Shown here one piece after another: positions 45,136-45,625 of a stretch of DNA of 45,625 nucleotides (positions are counted from its first letter, which is position 1; every line of letters begins with the position of its first letter). This DNA comes from a virus (taxonomy: Duplodnaviria; Caudoviricetes). The stretch covers positions 1-45,625 of the IMG/VR virus record IMGVR_UViG_3300030376_008845. One strand, written 5' to 3'. The notes beneath the pieces were generated by a model, which saw only the letters and a program-made list of their open reading frames with translations, had not been told where the DNA came from and ran no database searches. A program made the translations under genes and the position numbers.

Positions 45136-45625
45136 AGTTGCATTAATTACAGGTATAAATGGTCAAGACGGGTCTTATTTAGCTGAATTTTTACTTGAAA
45201 AAGGATATGAAGTATGGGGTACGGTAAAACGTAATTCTGTAGCTGAAAACCAAACATCTAGACTAGATGAAATTTACCCTCAACTATTAGGTAAATTACA
45301 ATATGCTGATTTAACTGATTTAGCATCACTAATTTCAGTAATACAACAATGTCAACCCGACGAAATTTATAATTTAGCAGCGCAAAGTCACGTTCGAATT
45401 TCATTTGATCAACCTATATACACAGCACAAGCTACTGGCGTAGGTACACTTAATTTATTAGAAGCGATTCGTTTAACTAAACCGGATGCTAAAATGTACC
45501 AAGCATCAAGTAGTGAAATGTTTGGCAATAATATAGATGAAGATGGATATCAACGTGAAACAACTCCATTATCACCAGTATCACCTTATGGATGTGCTAA
45601 AGTATATTCATATAATATTTGTAAC
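45116..45625 (+). CDS. gmd: GDP-mannose 4,6-dehydratase (3'-truncated, not in ORF track)
   Basis: [24 protein letters not shown]...[13 protein letters not shown]...[10 protein letters not shown]...SPYGCAK. Confidence 0.95.
   Translation, partial: MTKQGNKVALITGINGQDGSYLAEFLLEKGYEVWGTVKRNSVAENQTSRLDEIYPQLLGKLQYADLTDLASLISVIQQCQPDEIYNLAAQSHVRISFDQPIYTAQATGVGTLNLLEAIRLTKPDAKMYQASSSEMFGNNIDEDGYQRETTPLSPVSPYGCAKVYSYNICN

Noticed and set aside
1-45625. Stop-codon reassignment
   Set aside because: Conserved genes are full length in the standard code, and TAA, TAG and TGA all end genes at expected positions.
1-45625. tRNA, rRNA, transposase or integrase genes
   Set aside because: No cloverleaf, rRNA-like or recombinase sequences recognised; intergenic gaps are short.
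1-45625. Bacterial chromosome origin
   Set aside because: PolB with gp45/gp44/gp62-like genes, a tail fibre, single-strand gene packing and many tiny orphan genes fit a phage; no ribosomal or typical housekeeping operons are present.

Overview
Very AT-rich, gene-dense window with all but one gene on the + strand. It is best explained as part of a large lytic dsDNA phage genome (T4-like/jumbo-type replication module) infecting a Bacteroidota host, probably a Flavobacteriia member. The host inference rests on Bacteroidota-type promoters (TTTG-N19/20-TAnnTTTG-like), A-rich leaders without Shine-Dalgarno sites and Flavobacteria-like genes. Contents in order: a 5'-truncated TonB-dependent receptor, secreted S1/P1 nuclease, 3-TM protein and NadR-like kinase; small genes behind repeated promoter cassettes; thyA; thioredoxin, ferredoxin and PC4-like protein; a 7-deazaguanine pathway (queD, TGT/DpdA-like, queC, queE, folE) followed by a PRTase, a carbamoyltransferase and a MazG-like pyrophosphatase; an S74-chaperone tail fibre; a family B DNA polymerase split into two genes 2.3 kb apart; sliding clamp and clamp loader; hsp20, groES, groEL; an Hc1-like protein; a Cas4-like nuclease; three glycosyltransferases and GDP-fucose genes. 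Eleven 2OG-Fe(II) oxygenases and a halogenase-like gene are interleaved between core genes. The most novel signals are covarying preQ1-I-like stem-loop/pseudoknot leaders upstream of queC and queE, a deazaguanine pathway with non-canonical motifs, the intein-free split polB, and a possible nucleoside-scavenging module. All calls come from reading motifs by eye; no searches were run.
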